The notes: generated by a model not told the origin, from the letters alone. 64,000 nucleotides of DNA from an uncultured Eubacteriales bacterium (GCA_949283695.1 CASDTX010000035.1:11296-75295), one strand, 5' to 3'; positions 9,020-19,246 are shown, counted from the stretch's first letter. Translations and numbers: made by a program.

Positions 9020-10492
9020 ATGAATCTGATGAGCAGGATCCCCAGGGATTTCTATAAACTATTTGCAAGTAAATATACGGACTACTACATGCTGTTCCTG
9101 GCGGCTATCCATGAGGAGATGAGTCTCTCCTACTCGGTCTTGGGACTGACGGAGAAGGAGTGCCGGGCAGTGATGAACGAGAAGATCGCGTCTGCCACCC
9201 TTCTGTGGGATGAAGAGAATTATGACGAAGAAGGGATCTTCCTGACCCGGTCCAACATGGCGGCGGTCTGCCTGAAACATTTCGAAGAGTGGGGATGGCT
9301 GCGCCGGGATTATGATGAGACGCTCAACAGTTATGTGGTTACATTCCCGGAGTACAGTCAGCTGTATGTGGAGCTCTTCCGCCGGCTGTTCGACGAGAAT
9401 GAGAGTGAAGAGCGGGAGAGTGTGATGACCATATACAGTCATCTGTATACTTACAGTTCCGACAAGGAGAAGAACAACGAGATCTTAAACAGTGCGCTGC
9501 GCGTGTCGAAAAAGCTGGTGCAGATGCTGGTCAATATGCAGGACGGTATGAGAGGATATTTTGACGAACTGTCCAGGCAGAAAGAGTTCCGCGGGATCCA
9601 GGAAGTGCTTGTGCGGGAGATCAATAACAGTGACAGCAAGAAATATGCGATCCTGACCACAACGGACAGCTTCTACCGCTATAAAGAAGCGGTGAAAGAG
9701 CTGCTGGATCAGAATCTGCGGGAAAATGACATGCGCAGGCAGCGGATGGAAGCGGCCCTGCAGGACGAATTACAAGGGCGCCAGGACGAGCGTGCGCAGC
9801 AGGAGAAACGTGCAGATCGTTCCCATGCAGCGGAAGCCCAGGGGACGGGGGCTGACCGGAACATCTCACGTATGCGGCGCTCGATCGAGCTGTGCATTCA
9901 GGCGGCGGACACGATGCTGCGTATTGAGCGGCAGTTTGACGCGATTGAGAAGAGATACAATAAACTGATCGAGCAGAAGACGGTATTCGCCAGCCGCGCG
10001 GCCGCCAGGATCCGCTACATACTGCGGGAAGGGGCGCAGGAAGATCAGACCATTGTATTCATGGATCTGCTGAACCGCAGCGGCAGGAAGGAAGAACTGC
10101 TTCAGGCGCTCTCTGAGCGCATCCGCATGAGCAGGCCCTACAGTGTGATGACAGAGAACAGTCTGTACAGGCGCAGACCCGCGGACCGGGAGGAATTCGA
10201 ACCACAGGCAGTGGCAGAAGAGGGCAGAGAGCGGGAAGGGCTGGATTCGTTTGTGCTGAAGCCTTTGTACACACAGAAAGAGCTGGAAGCATTCCGGAGA
10301 AGGAACCTGACAGACGGCGTGTTCCGGACGACAAAGGACACGGTGAGATCCGTGGAAGATCTGGAGAAACTGTTCTTCATCTGGCAGGAGGCCACAGAAA
10401 CTGCGCAGACGGACAAAGAGATCATCCTGGGCGGAGAACAGGAGAACGGACAGGGGCTGCGTTTTACGGATCTGAAGATACGGGAGGAATAG
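9020..10492 (+). CDS. jetA: Wadjet/MksBEF-like kleisin subunit JetA (DUF5716-type)
   Basis: 'IPRDFYKLFASK', 'EEWGWL', helical; first gene of a jetA-jetB-SMC trio. Confidence 0.7.
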   Translation: MNLMSRIPRDFYKLFASKYTDYYMLFLAAIHEEMSLSYSVLGLTEKECRAVMNEKIASATLLWDEENYDEEGIFLTRSNMAAVCLKHFEEWGWLRRDYDETLNSYVVTFPEYSQLYVELFRRLFDENESEERESVMTIYSHLYTYSSDKEKNNEILNSALRVSKKLVQMLVNMQDGMRGYFDELSRQKEFRGIQEVLVREINNSDSKKYAILTTTDSFYRYKEAVKELLDQNLRENDMRRQRMEAALQDELQGRQDERAQQEKRADRSHAAEAQGTGADRNISRMRRSIELCIQAADTMLRIERQFDAIEKRYNKLIEQKTVFASRAAARIRYILREGAQEDQTIVFMDLLNRSGRKEELLQALSERIRMSRPYSVMTENSLYRRRPADREEFEPQAVAEEGREREGLDSFVLKPLYTQKELEAFRRRNLTDGVFRTTKDTVRSVEDLEKLFFIWQEATETAQTDKEIILGGEQENGQGLRFTDLKIREE

Positions 10493-10495
10493 AAG

Positions 10496-11134
10496 ATGTT
10501 TGCATATTTAGAACAAGTGTCGGTCACAGAGGGAGAACAGATCAAGAAGACGATACAGGCGCTGTTCCGCCAGACTTGTATCTTACAGGTGAAATACGAC
10601 CCTGCCACACTGACGCCGCGGGACAATTCTCAGTATGAGACATGCGCCAGGCACAGGAACTTTATTGAGGATTATGTATCTGTGCTGGGATGTGAACTGA
10701 TCCATGATTCGCAGGAGCATATCTTCCGGCTGACCGGGGAGGGCGTGCCGCAGGAGAAGCTGAGTCTGACTGCCACGGTGATCCTTCTGGTGGTGAGACT
10801 GATCTACCGGGATAAGATCATGGGGGCAGGCCTGAGCGCGCCTGTGACGACACTTAAGGAAATGCGGGAGTACGGGAAGAATACGAACCTCATCCCGGAG
10901 AAACTTACGGCAGTCCAATGGCGGGAGGCGCTGTATCTGATGCGGATGCACCAGATCATCGATGTACCCGGCGCGGTGCGCGATGTGGAAGATGATACGC
11001 CGATTTATATTTACAGCACGATCAATATGTATTTGACAGCAGGAGAGATCAACGCACTGATCGAGGAATACAGAGAGGAGACAGAAGAGTTTGAGACAGC
11101 CGAAGAAATTATTTACGAGGATGCTGATCAATAA
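10496..11134 (+). CDS. jetB: Wadjet/MksBEF-like KITE subunit JetB (DUF4194-type)
   Basis: 212 aa; 'IEDYVSVLGCEL', 'TVILLVVRLIY.DK', 'IYIYSTI'; lies between jetA and the SMC gene. Confidence 0.7.
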   Translation: MFAYLEQVSVTEGEQIKKTIQALFRQTCILQVKYDPATLTPRDNSQYETCARHRNFIEDYVSVLGCELIHDSQEHIFRLTGEGVPQEKLSLTATVILLVVRLIYRDKIMGAGLSAPVTTLKEMREYGKNTNLIPEKLTAVQWREALYLMRMHQIIDVPGAVRDVEDDTPIYIYSTINMYLTAGEINALIEEYREETEEFETAEEIIYEDADQ

Positions 11135-14100
11135 CTGGGGCGGGATCAGCCATAAGATACTGGAGTTCCATGAGCACGTGAATCTGTTCAGCGGGAAGAG
11201 CGGTTCGGGCAAATCAACGGTCATGGACGCCATACAGGTCGTTCTGTACGGCAGCGTGTCCGCTCATTTCCTGAATAAGGCAGCAGATGATTCGAAGAAC
11301 AAGAGAAGCGTCTTAAGCTATCTGCGCGGCGCGCAGAAAGACGGGAGCATCAACCGCGGCGGAGTGGACTTCTGTTCTCAGATCGTGCTTGAGATCGAGG
11401 ATACAGGGACCCATATTGTGACCTGTATCGGGGCGGCTTTCGAGGTGGCACGCGGGGACACGGAGCTGAGAAAGTACAGTTATTTCAGTCATTCCGGCCG
11501 GTTTCCGGAAGACGAATACCTTCAGAACGGCGTGCCGTACACGATCGCTCAGATCAAGAAGCTGGCGGGAGAGCGGAGCCGCAGTGAGGACAACCGGGGC
11601 CATGGGGATGTGAATCGTGTGTATCCTTCGCGGGAAGCCTATCTGAATACACTTTACGACGTGATATTCGGTTATGTAGAGCCGGGGCGGATGATCACCA
11701 TGGAGAAGAGCGCTATCGCGCTTAAGATGACCAGCGGGACGGGGCAGTTTATCCGGGATTATATGTTCCCCAAGAGTCAGGAGGATACTGTGGCGGCGAT
11801 CAGTGAACAGCTGGGCGCATACCGTGAGATCAAGGAGCGGGTTGAGGATCTGGAGCGGCGGATCTCCATGCTTGATGCGGTCCAGAGCCGGGATCGGGAG
11901 TTTACGAAGCTGCGCGCGGACAAGCTGCGGGCAGAGAGGACGCTGCAGTACATTGAGATCGAAGGCAGCACCGTACGTCTGGAAGCACGCAGGAGCGATC
12001 TGGAGTCTCTGGAAGCAGCGGCGGAAAAGGCGGAGGCAGGACAGAATACGGTGCAGACAGCACTTAAGAATGCCCGTGCAGAGCTGGTAGATGTCAAAGC
12101 CGCGCTCAAAGAGAGTGATTACGGAAGGAAAGAACAGGAATTAAAAGAACTGGAGACTACGATCCGTCTTCTTGCGGATAATTCGGCCCAGTGGCGGCTG
12201 ATCATGCAGGGTCTGCGGCGGTGGGAGGAAGAGGAACTGGTCACAGACTACGTGAGCAACCGCGCGCTTCAGCTGATACAGGATTTCCGCGGGGGCGAGG
12301 TGACAGACGAGACCTGTGAGGAGCTGAAACGTCACATCAGCGTTGCCTTTGATAATATCTCCAATGAGCTCTCAGAACTTCAGAGCGGGATCAAAGAGAT
12401 GGAACGAGAGCTGCGGGAAAAGTCTGAGGCAGCAGAGGATATGCGCAATGACCGGAAGCCCTATCCGGCAGATCTTAAGAAAGCAAGGAGCGAGCTGCAG
12501 CGGGCGCTGGGCGACCTTTATGGACGGAAGATCGAAGTCCATATCTTCGCAGATCTCTTTGATATCACGGATGAGAAATGGAAGAACGCTGTGGAAGGAC
12601 GGCTGGGCCGGATCAAGAGAAGCATGATCACGGAGCCGGCCTATGCACTGGACGCGGCGAAACTGTTCCGCAGGATGAAACAGTTCGAGGAAGTGGATCT
12701 GATCAACAGTGCCGCGGTGAAGCGGGATTTGCCGGCCGCGGAGAAACACTCACTCTATGAGGCGGTCCACACGGATGTGCCTTATGCGGACTGGTGCTTA
12801 AAGCGCTATCTGGGAAGAATCCGCAAGTGCGAGACCGTGGAAGAGCTGGATACCGTGTATGACGGCGTGACACCGGACTGTTATTCCTACAGCGGATACA
12901 GATTCCGGCACCTGCGGAAGAAAGATTATATAAAGAATGCCTGTATCGGGACCAGGGTGTCCAGAGCGAAACTAAGAGACTTGGAAGAAGAGATTACGGA
13001 ACTCCAGCAGGCCCTGATCGGGGAGCGGCAGACGGAGGCGGCGCTTAAGGAAGCGCAGCAGTTCGAGCGGCTGAATCAGGGGACAGACCAGCTCCTGCGG
13101 CTTGCGGGAGCGGCGGAAGAATTAGAAGAGTATTACCGGAGGCAGGAGCGTCTCCGCCGAGAACTGGAGGAACTGAAGAACGGAACTCTGGCAGCGGACC
13201 TGCGCAGGCGGGAGGAGACGCTGACCGCGCAGATCAGAGAGGCTGAGCAAGAGGCGCAGAAGCTGCAGAAAGAGCAGATCCGCATCGGAGAGATGAAAGG
13301 AAGAGCGGAGCGGGATATCCGCGATCTGGAAGAGCGGCTTGCGGCCTTAAGACAAGGCTTCGAGCCGGATGAAAACCTGCTCGCGGAGGTGAAGGAGGCG
13401 CTGGCGAAGAAGAGCGAGGCTGCCTGCCGGCAGGAAGAGAAGAACCGGATGGAAGCACTCACCAGCCAGGAAGAGAAGGCGCGTGATGAGCGGACCAGGG
13501 CCAGAAATGCGTTCAATAACGCATACCCGTCCTATGGTTTCACTGGGGTGGAGCATGAAAACGACGTCTATGACAAGACGCTGGAGCGCTGCCGCAGGGA
13601 TTTTGAGCCGGAATATAAGAAGGAGTTCCAGAAACAGTATGAGCTTGTCTATCATTCCCTGCGGGATAATGTGATCGCTACCATACACGGTGAGATTAAG
13701 GCCGCGTACCGCCACCGCAGGCAGATCAACCAGATGCTGTCCAGAATCCGCTTCTCCGACAGTATCTACCAGATCGATATCCTGCCCGCGAAGAATGAAA
13801 ACGGGCAATTCTACGAGATGCTGATGGCAGAAGAGCTGGACAGTAAGGTGGTGGATCCTGACGGCGTGGAAGGGCAGATGAGCCTTCTGGAAGACGAGTT
13901 CTTCCGCAAGTATGAGCAGAAGATCCAGCTCCTCACGCAGAAATTCATGCCTCCCAGAGAGGAAGAAGAAGCCGGGCGCGAGCGGCACCGTCAGGAGATG
14001 GAGCGGTTCGCAGATTACAGGAATTATCTGACGTTCAGCATGTATGAGCAGACCATCGATGAGAGCGGACGCGAGAAGAAAAATTACGTGGATGATATGG

Positions 14101-14450
14101 CGGGCGTGGACTCCGGCGGAGAGGGGCAGAACCCCAAGTACGTGGCACTTCTGGCAGGGTTTGCCATGCTGTATATGCAGCAGAGCAACCGGGATTCCAA
14201 GATCCGGCTGGTGCTTCTGGACGAAGCCTTCTCCAAGATGGACAAGGAGAGAAGCGAGGTGTGCCTGAAATACGCGCGTGAGCTGGAGCTGCAGCTCATT
14301 GTCTGCGTGCCGGACGAGCGGCTGCAGTCACTGATACGAAATGTGGACAGCGTGTATGGATTCCGGCGCTTCCGCAATCAGATTACTATGATGCACATTG
14401 ACAAAGGAGACTATCTGAACATGATCGAGGGTGCGCCTTTTCATGAGTAA
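11091..14450 (+). CDS. jetC: SMC-like ATPase JetC/MksB
   Basis: N-terminal 'INNWG', Walker A SGKSGSGKST, long coiled coils, C-terminal SGGEGQ signature and Walker B LVLLDEAF; TTG start overlaps jetB. Confidence 0.85.
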   Translation: MRQPKKLFTRMLINNWGGISHKILEFHEHVNLFSGKSGSGKSTVMDAIQVVLYGSVSAHFLNKAADDSKNKRSVLSYLRGAQKDGSINRGGVDFCSQIVLEIEDTGTHIVTCIGAAFEVARGDTELRKYSYFSHSGRFPEDEYLQNGVPYTIAQIKKLAGERSRSEDNRGHGDVNRVYPSREAYLNTLYDVIFGYVEPGRMITMEKSAIALKMTSGTGQFIRDYMFPKSQEDTVAAISEQLGAYREIKERVEDLERRISMLDAVQSRDREFTKLRADKLRAERTLQYIEIEGSTVRLEARRSDLESLEAAAEKAEAGQNTVQTALKNARAELVDVKAALKESDYGRKEQELKELETTIRLLADNSAQWRLIMQGLRRWEEEELVTDYVSNRALQLIQDFRGGEVTDETCEELKRHISVAFDNISNELSELQSGIKEMERELREKSEAAEDMRNDRKPYPADLKKARSELQRALGDLYGRKIEVHIFADLFDITDEKWKNAVEGRLGRIKRSMITEPAYALDAAKLFRRMKQFEEVDLINSAAVKRDLPAAEKHSLYEAVHTDVPYADWCLKRYLGRIRKCETVEELDTVYDGVTPDCYSYSGYRFRHLRKKDYIKNACIGTRVSRAKLRDLEEEITELQQALIGERQTEAALKEAQQFERLNQGTDQLLRLAGAAEELEEYYRRQERLRRELEELKNGTLAADLRRREETLTAQIREAEQEAQKLQKEQIRIGEMKGRAERDIRDLEERLAALRQGFEPDENLLAEVKEALAKKSEAACRQEEKNRMEALTSQEEKARDERTRARNAFNNAYPSYGFTGVEHENDVYDKTLERCRRDFEPEYKKEFQKQYELVYHSLRDNVIATIHGEIKAAYRHRRQINQMLSRIRFSDSIYQIDILPAKNENGQFYEMLMAEELDSKVVDPDGVEGQMSLLEDEFFRKYEQKIQLLTQKFMPPREEEEAGRERHRQEMERFADYRNYLTFSMYEQTIDESGREKKNYVDDMAGVDSGGEGQNPKYVALLAGFAMLYMQQSNRDSKIRLVLLDEAFSKMDKERSEVCLKYARELELQLIVCVPDERLQSLIRNVDSVYGFRRFRNQITMMHIDKGDYLNMIEGAPFHE

Positions 14451-14456
14451 AACAGT

Positions 14457-14517
14457 GGCGGCAGCCGCAATAAGCACGCAGTGCGGTTTTACGAATGGCG
14501 CTCCTGTGAACGGTAAC
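14457..14517 (-). repeat. Dispersed intergenic repeat, copy A
   Basis: Reverse complement (GTTACCGTTCACAGGAGCGCCATTCGTAAAACCGCACTGCGTGCTTATTGCGGCTGCC) aligns with 39649-39710; 14500-14517 is identical to 48646-48663. Confidence 0.75.
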
Positions 14518-14633
14518 GACTGAGAGGAATTCTGCCTGCAGCCGGGAAATTTCGGGTTGTAAAGAAAGAGGGGAGTCTGTTATAATGAATGTAGCACAAT
14601 AAAAAAGAAAAAGGAGGTCTGGTCTATAGACAG

Positions 14634-16151
14634 ATGGTTGAAAATTTAAAAGAAAAAACAAGAGAAGCGTTGGCAAGTGTCCTTCCCATTACTGGAATTG
14701 TTCTCATCCTAAGTATTCTCATCGTCCCAATGGAAATCGGTACACTTGCCTTATTTTTGACAGGGGCGGTATTCCTGATCGTGGGAATGGGCTTCTTTCA
14801 GCTTGGGGCCGAGATGGCCATGACCCCGCTCGGACAGGGTGTGGGTTCGAAGCTGGTGAAAGGAAAATCTCTCCTTGTAGTGGCGGGAATCTGTTTCCTG
14901 ATGGGAGCAGTGATCACGATATCGGAGCCTGATCTGCAGGTGCTGGCGAATCAGGTGGCTTCGATTCCGAATCAGGTACTGATCTGGACTGTAGCGGCAG
15001 GTGTGGGAGTATTCACAGTGGCGGCCGTCTTAAGAATCCGTTTTCACGTCGGCCTTGCCAAGATGCTGACCGTGCTGTACATCCTGCTCTTCATCCTTTC
15101 CATCTTCTCGCCCTCCGAGTTCGTGGCAGTGGCGTTCGACGCAGGCGGTGTGACCACAGGGCCTATGACAGTGCCCTTCATCATGGCCATCGGTATCGGT
15201 TTGTCCTCGGCCAGGAGTGACAAAGACGGACAGAAAGACAGTTTCGGATTCATCGCTCTGTGCAGTATCGGTCCGATCATGATGGTAATGCTGCTGGGCA
15301 TTTTCTATCACCCCACGGACGCAGCATACACTGCGGTGGAAGTCACTGTGGTGGAGACGACAAGGGATGTGGCCAGAATCTTTATCCAGTCACTGCCTCA
15401 GTATACGGAAGAGGTTCTGATCAGTATTTTCCCGGTAGCCGGCGTTTTCCTGCTGTTTCAGCTCCTGACGCACCATTTTCACAGGAGGCAGGTTATCAGG
15501 ATGTGTGTCGGTATGATTTACACAGTGATCGGCCTGATTCTATTTCTGACAGGCGTAAACGTTGGATTTGCCCCCGTTGGAAATCTGCTCGGCAGCGGGA
15601 TTTCGGAAGGAGTCTATAAGTGGCTGCTTATTCCGATCGGGATGCTGATCGGATATTATATCGTCAAAGCGGAGCCTGCTGTGCAGGTATTAAATCATCA
15701 GGTTGAGGAGATCACGGGAGGAACCGTATCCCACACGATGATGAACGCGGCGCTCTCCATCGGTGTTTCCGCCGCGGTGGGGCTTGCCATGGTACGTGTT
15801 CTTACAGGACTGAGCATCTACTGGATCATTATTCCGGGCTATGCGATTGCCCTGATCTTAAGCCGGTTTGTCCTGCCTGTTTTTGTAGGAATTGCGTTTG
15901 ACTCCGGTGGTGTTGCCAGCGGACCGATGACATCCACATTCCTTCTGCCTCTTGCCATGGGCGCCTGTACTGCCCTGGGCGGGAATGTAGTGACGGATGC
16001 ATTCGGCATCGTCGCACTGGTCGCTCTGGCCCCGCTGATCGCGATCCAGATCATGGGAATCGTCTATTCACTGAAGCTGAAGGCAGATACCGGTGCAGCC
16101 GAGGAGCTGTCAGATGATATTATTGTGGAACTGGAGGAAAATGAAATATGA
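14634..16151 (+). CDS. DUF1538 membrane protein with two internally duplicated domains
   Basis: Twin motifs 'SEPDLQVLANQV...AFDAGGVTTGPMT...SFG' and 'AEPAVQVLNHQV...AFDSGGVASGPMT...AFG'. Confidence 0.85.
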   Translation: MVENLKEKTREALASVLPITGIVLILSILIVPMEIGTLALFLTGAVFLIVGMGFFQLGAEMAMTPLGQGVGSKLVKGKSLLVVAGICFLMGAVITISEPDLQVLANQVASIPNQVLIWTVAAGVGVFTVAAVLRIRFHVGLAKMLTVLYILLFILSIFSPSEFVAVAFDAGGVTTGPMTVPFIMAIGIGLSSARSDKDGQKDSFGFIALCSIGPIMMVMLLGIFYHPTDAAYTAVEVTVVETTRDVARIFIQSLPQYTEEVLISIFPVAGVFLLFQLLTHHFHRRQVIRMCVGMIYTVIGLILFLTGVNVGFAPVGNLLGSGISEGVYKWLLIPIGMLIGYYIVKAEPAVQVLNHQVEEITGGTVSHTMMNAALSIGVSAAVGLAMVRVLTGLSIYWIIIPGYAIALILSRFVLPVFVGIAFDSGGVASGPMTSTFLLPLAMGACTALGGNVVTDAFGIVALVALAPLIAIQIMGIVYSLKLKADTGAAEELSDDIIVELEENEI

Positions 16152-16876
16152 CAGTGCAGTATGAAAAAAATATGTCACTTCGTATTCTGATTTTAATCAC
16201 TCATGCAGAGAAGGAAAAGAAATTAAAACATGTGCTTCAGGAGATGCATATGCCGATTCTGCACCAGTGCAGGGCCCAGGGGACGGCCCCGTCGGAACTC
16301 TTAGATATTCTGGGTGTGTGCGGAACTTCAAGGATCGTAACTGTCGGCTGTCTGCCGAAATGCAGGAGCCGGGAGATATTTGACATACTGGACAAACAAA
16401 TGAAATTTCGCAGGAAAGGTGCGGGAATCGCACTTACCATACCGGTAACCGGTGTTCAGAGCCCGGTGCATCGTCTGCTCAGCGAGGAAGCGAAAAACAT
16501 CATACATACAAGGATAGAAGGAGAGGTGGAAACCGTGAAAGAGACGGGAGAGTTTTCTGTTGTCTGGACTTCTGTAATCAGCGGCTACAGCGAAGAAGTG
16601 ATTGAGGCGGCAAGGGCAGCAGGTGCAAGAGGCGGTACAGTCATCAAGGGACGGAGACAGAATTCAGAACAGGTGACAGAATATCTCGGCATTCCGATGC
16701 AGGAGGAACAGGAGTTCATTCTGATGGTAGTGCCGAAAGAGAAGAAGGCAGAGATCATGGCAGCAATCAGTTCCGCCTGCGGTCTGAAGACTCCGGCGCA
16801 CGGGATCGTAGTGTCTCTTCCTGTAGACGAAGTGATGGGAATTGAACAAAAAGGCTTGACACCGCCAGATAAATAG
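16148..16876 (+). CDS. Tandem PII-like (GlnB-fold) protein
   Basis: ATGA overlap with the DUF1538 gene; 'AARAAGARGGTVIKGR' and 'GIVVSLPVDEVMG', with a related N-terminal repeat 'GAGIALTIPVTG'. Confidence 0.75.
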   Translation: MTVQYEKNMSLRILILITHAEKEKKLKHVLQEMHMPILHQCRAQGTAPSELLDILGVCGTSRIVTVGCLPKCRSREIFDILDKQMKFRRKGAGIALTIPVTGVQSPVHRLLSEEAKNIIHTRIEGEVETVKETGEFSVVWTSVISGYSEEVIEAARAAGARGGTVIKGRRQNSEQVTEYLGIPMQEEQEFILMVVPKEKKAEIMAAISSACGLKTPAHGIVVSLPVDEVMGIEQKGLTPPDK

Positions 16877-16904
16877 CTATAATAGTATCTAACGGTGATA
16901 GATA
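16856..16904 (+). promoter_or_regulatory. Sigma-A promoter of marR with a palindromic operator
   Basis: TTGACA(16856)-16 nt-TATAAT(16878); TATCTA-N7-TAGATA at 16886-16904. Confidence 0.7.
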
Positions 16905-16926
16905 AAAAGACAGAGGGGTGGATGCG

Positions 16927-17382
16927 ATGGACCGGGAGAGCATGGCAAGAGAACTGCTCAAATATATGAAATCCGCTGAGAAAGGACCGGCAAAGGAAAT
17001 CGCGGCTGTGTCCAAAGGCGAGATGGCAATGCTGGACTATCTGGTTACGCAGCAGAGGGTGACAACACCTACCGAGCTGAGTATCTGTCTGGATCTCTCT
17101 ACGGCCAGGGTAGCGAATACTCTCAACAGTCTGGAGAGAAAAGGATATGTGGAGCGCATCCACGATGTGGTGGACCGGAGAAAGGTGCTGGTTCACGCCA
17201 CAGAGTCAGGGAAAGCCGTTTTCTTAAGCGAGGAGAAGAAAGCGATCAGCCATATAGGCGAACTTTTTGATGAATTGGGCGAGGAGGACTCCAGGGAACT
17301 GGTACGCCTTCTTCGAAAAGTCCGGCTGCTTATGGAGCAAAAAGAGCGTATGATGCTTGCCGAAAGAAAAAGCGACTCCTGA
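16927..17382 (+). CDS. MarR family transcriptional regulator
   Basis: 'PTELS..LDLSTARVANTLNSLERKGYVER....DRRKVLV..T..G'; an alternative GTG start lies at 16918. Confidence 0.92.
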   Translation: MDRESMARELLKYMKSAEKGPAKEIAAVSKGEMAMLDYLVTQQRVTTPTELSICLDLSTARVANTLNSLERKGYVERIHDVVDRRKVLVHATESGKAVFLSEEKKAISHIGELFDELGEEDSRELVRLLRKVRLLMEQKERMMLAERKSDS

Positions 17383-17401
17383 GCAGAAAGGCCTGACAGC
17401 A

Positions 17402-17431
17402 AAAGACCGGCAGAATCAAATGCCGGTTTTT
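17402..17431 (+). terminator. Hairpin with T-tract between marR and the ABC genes
   Basis: AAAGACCGGCA-gaatcaaa-TGCCGGTTTTT. Confidence 0.55.
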
Positions 17432-17506
17432 ATCCGCCTAAAATCTATCACTAATAGAAAATAGCGCTAAAAGAAAATAACAAAGATAGTAAAAGGAGGA
17501 AATGAG

Positions 17507-19246
17507 ATGATAAGAACTCTGCTAAAGCAGATCGGCCAGTATAAAAAGCCCTCCATACTGGCAGCTGTATTTACTGTATTCGAGGTGATCCTTGAACTGC
17601 TCATTCCTGTTCTGATGGCATCGGTCATTGACAAAGGGATCGAGGCAGGAGATCTGGGAAATGTGTACCGCTACGGGGCTGTCATGCTCCTTGCGGCGGT
17701 GCTTGGGCTCTTGTGCGGTGTGCTGGCCGGGAAGTTTGCGGCGTCTGCATCCGCAGGGGCGGCGTGCAGTTTAAGAGACGGGATGTATCAGAATATCCAG
17801 ACATTTGCCTTTTCTAACATTGACCGCTACAGCACGGCAGGCCTGGTGACAAGACTGACAACAGATGTGACGAATATTCAGAATGCATATCAGATGATCC
17901 TGCGGATGTGCGTGCGCGCCCCGATCAGCCTTGTGAGTGCTCTTGTGATGGTGATCTTCATCTGCCCCCAGATCAGTCCGGTGTTCGCCGCGGCGATGGT
18001 ATTTCTGGCGGCTGTGCTCATCTTCATTATGGTGAGGACGATGCCTGTGTTTACCAGGGTATTCCAGAAATATGACGATTTGAATGCCAGCGTGCAGGAA
18101 AATGTCGCCGGCATCCGCGTCGTGAAAGCCTATGTACGCGAAGCACATGAAAAGGAGAAATTCGGAAAGGCTGCCGATACGCTTTATCGGATGTTTGTGA
18201 AAGCAGAAGGAATGCTTGCGTTTAATAATCCGGCCATGATGACCGCGACGTACGGCTGTATCATCGCGATCTCCTGGTTCGGGGCCCACTTTATTGTGGA
18301 CGGCGTGCTGACTACGGGAGAGCTGACCAGTCTGTTTACTTATGTCATGAATATCCTTGTCTCTCTCATGCTTCTTTCTATGGTATTTGTCATGATCAGC
18401 ATGAGTGCTGCCAGTGCGAAGCGAATCGCGGAAGTACTGAATGAACAGACAGAGATCGCTTCTCCTGAGAACGCCGTGCAGGAAGTGACGGACGGCAGGG
18501 TGGAATTTGAGGACGTCAGCTTCGCCTACAAGAAAGGCGGACGCGGGGAGATGGCACTTTCTCACATCAATCTTCAGGTAAGTGCGGGAGAGACAGTCGG
18601 CATCATCGGCGCAACCGGAAGTTCCAAATCCACCCTGGTGAATCTGATCAGCAGGCTGTACGATGTGACAGAAGGCAGCGTGAAGGTCGGAGGAAGGGAT
18701 GTGCGCGAGTATGAACTGGATGCCCTGCGAAATAAGGTGGCTGTGGTGCTCCAGAAGAATCAGCTCTTCTCCGGCACAATCCTGGACAATCTCCGCTGGG
18801 GCAAAGAAGACGCCGCAGAAGAGGAGTGCGTCCGCGCATGTGAGCTCGCTCAGGCGGATGAGTTCATTCGTGCATTTCCAGATGGGTACCATACCTGGAT
18901 CGAGCAGGGCGGAACCAATGTATCCGGCGGACAGAGACAGAGACTGTGCATCGCGCGTGCCCTCCTTAAGGATCCGAAGGTGCTGATCTTAGATGATTCT
19001 ACGAGTGCGGTAGATACGGCGACAGACGCGAAGATCCGGGAGGCGTTTCGTCTGGATCTGCCGGGAACGACGAAGTTCATCATTGCCCAGAGAGTGTCCA
19101 GTATCCAGGATGCAGACAAGATCCTGGTTCTGGACAACGGATGTATGACGGCCTGCGGATCGCATGAAGAATTGATGGAGAGCAGCAGCGTATACAGAGA
19201 GATCTATGAGAATCAGACGAAAGGCGGAGGTGATTTTGATGAATAA
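17507..19246 (+). CDS. Heterodimeric ABC exporter subunit 1 (TMD+NBD)
   Basis: TM domain; Walker A GATGSSKST; NVSGGQ; degenerate Walker B 'ILDDSTS'; Q replaces the H-switch. Confidence 0.93.
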   Translation: MIRTLLKQIGQYKKPSILAAVFTVFEVILELLIPVLMASVIDKGIEAGDLGNVYRYGAVMLLAAVLGLLCGVLAGKFAASASAGAACSLRDGMYQNIQTFAFSNIDRYSTAGLVTRLTTDVTNIQNAYQMILRMCVRAPISLVSALVMVIFICPQISPVFAAAMVFLAAVLIFIMVRTMPVFTRVFQKYDDLNASVQENVAGIRVVKAYVREAHEKEKFGKAADTLYRMFVKAEGMLAFNNPAMMTATYGCIIAISWFGAHFIVDGVLTTGELTSLFTYVMNILVSLMLLSMVFVMISMSAASAKRIAEVLNEQTEIASPENAVQEVTDGRVEFEDVSFAYKKGGRGEMALSHINLQVSAGETVGIIGATGSSKSTLVNLISRLYDVTEGSVKVGGRDVREYELDALRNKVAVVLQKNQLFSGTILDNLRWGKEDAAEEECVRACELAQADEFIRAFPDGYHTWIEQGGTNVSGGQRQRLCIARALLKDPKVLILDDSTSAVDTATDAKIREAFRLDLPGTTKFIIAQRVSSIQDADKILVLDNGCMTACGSHEELMESSSVYREIYENQTKGGGDFDE

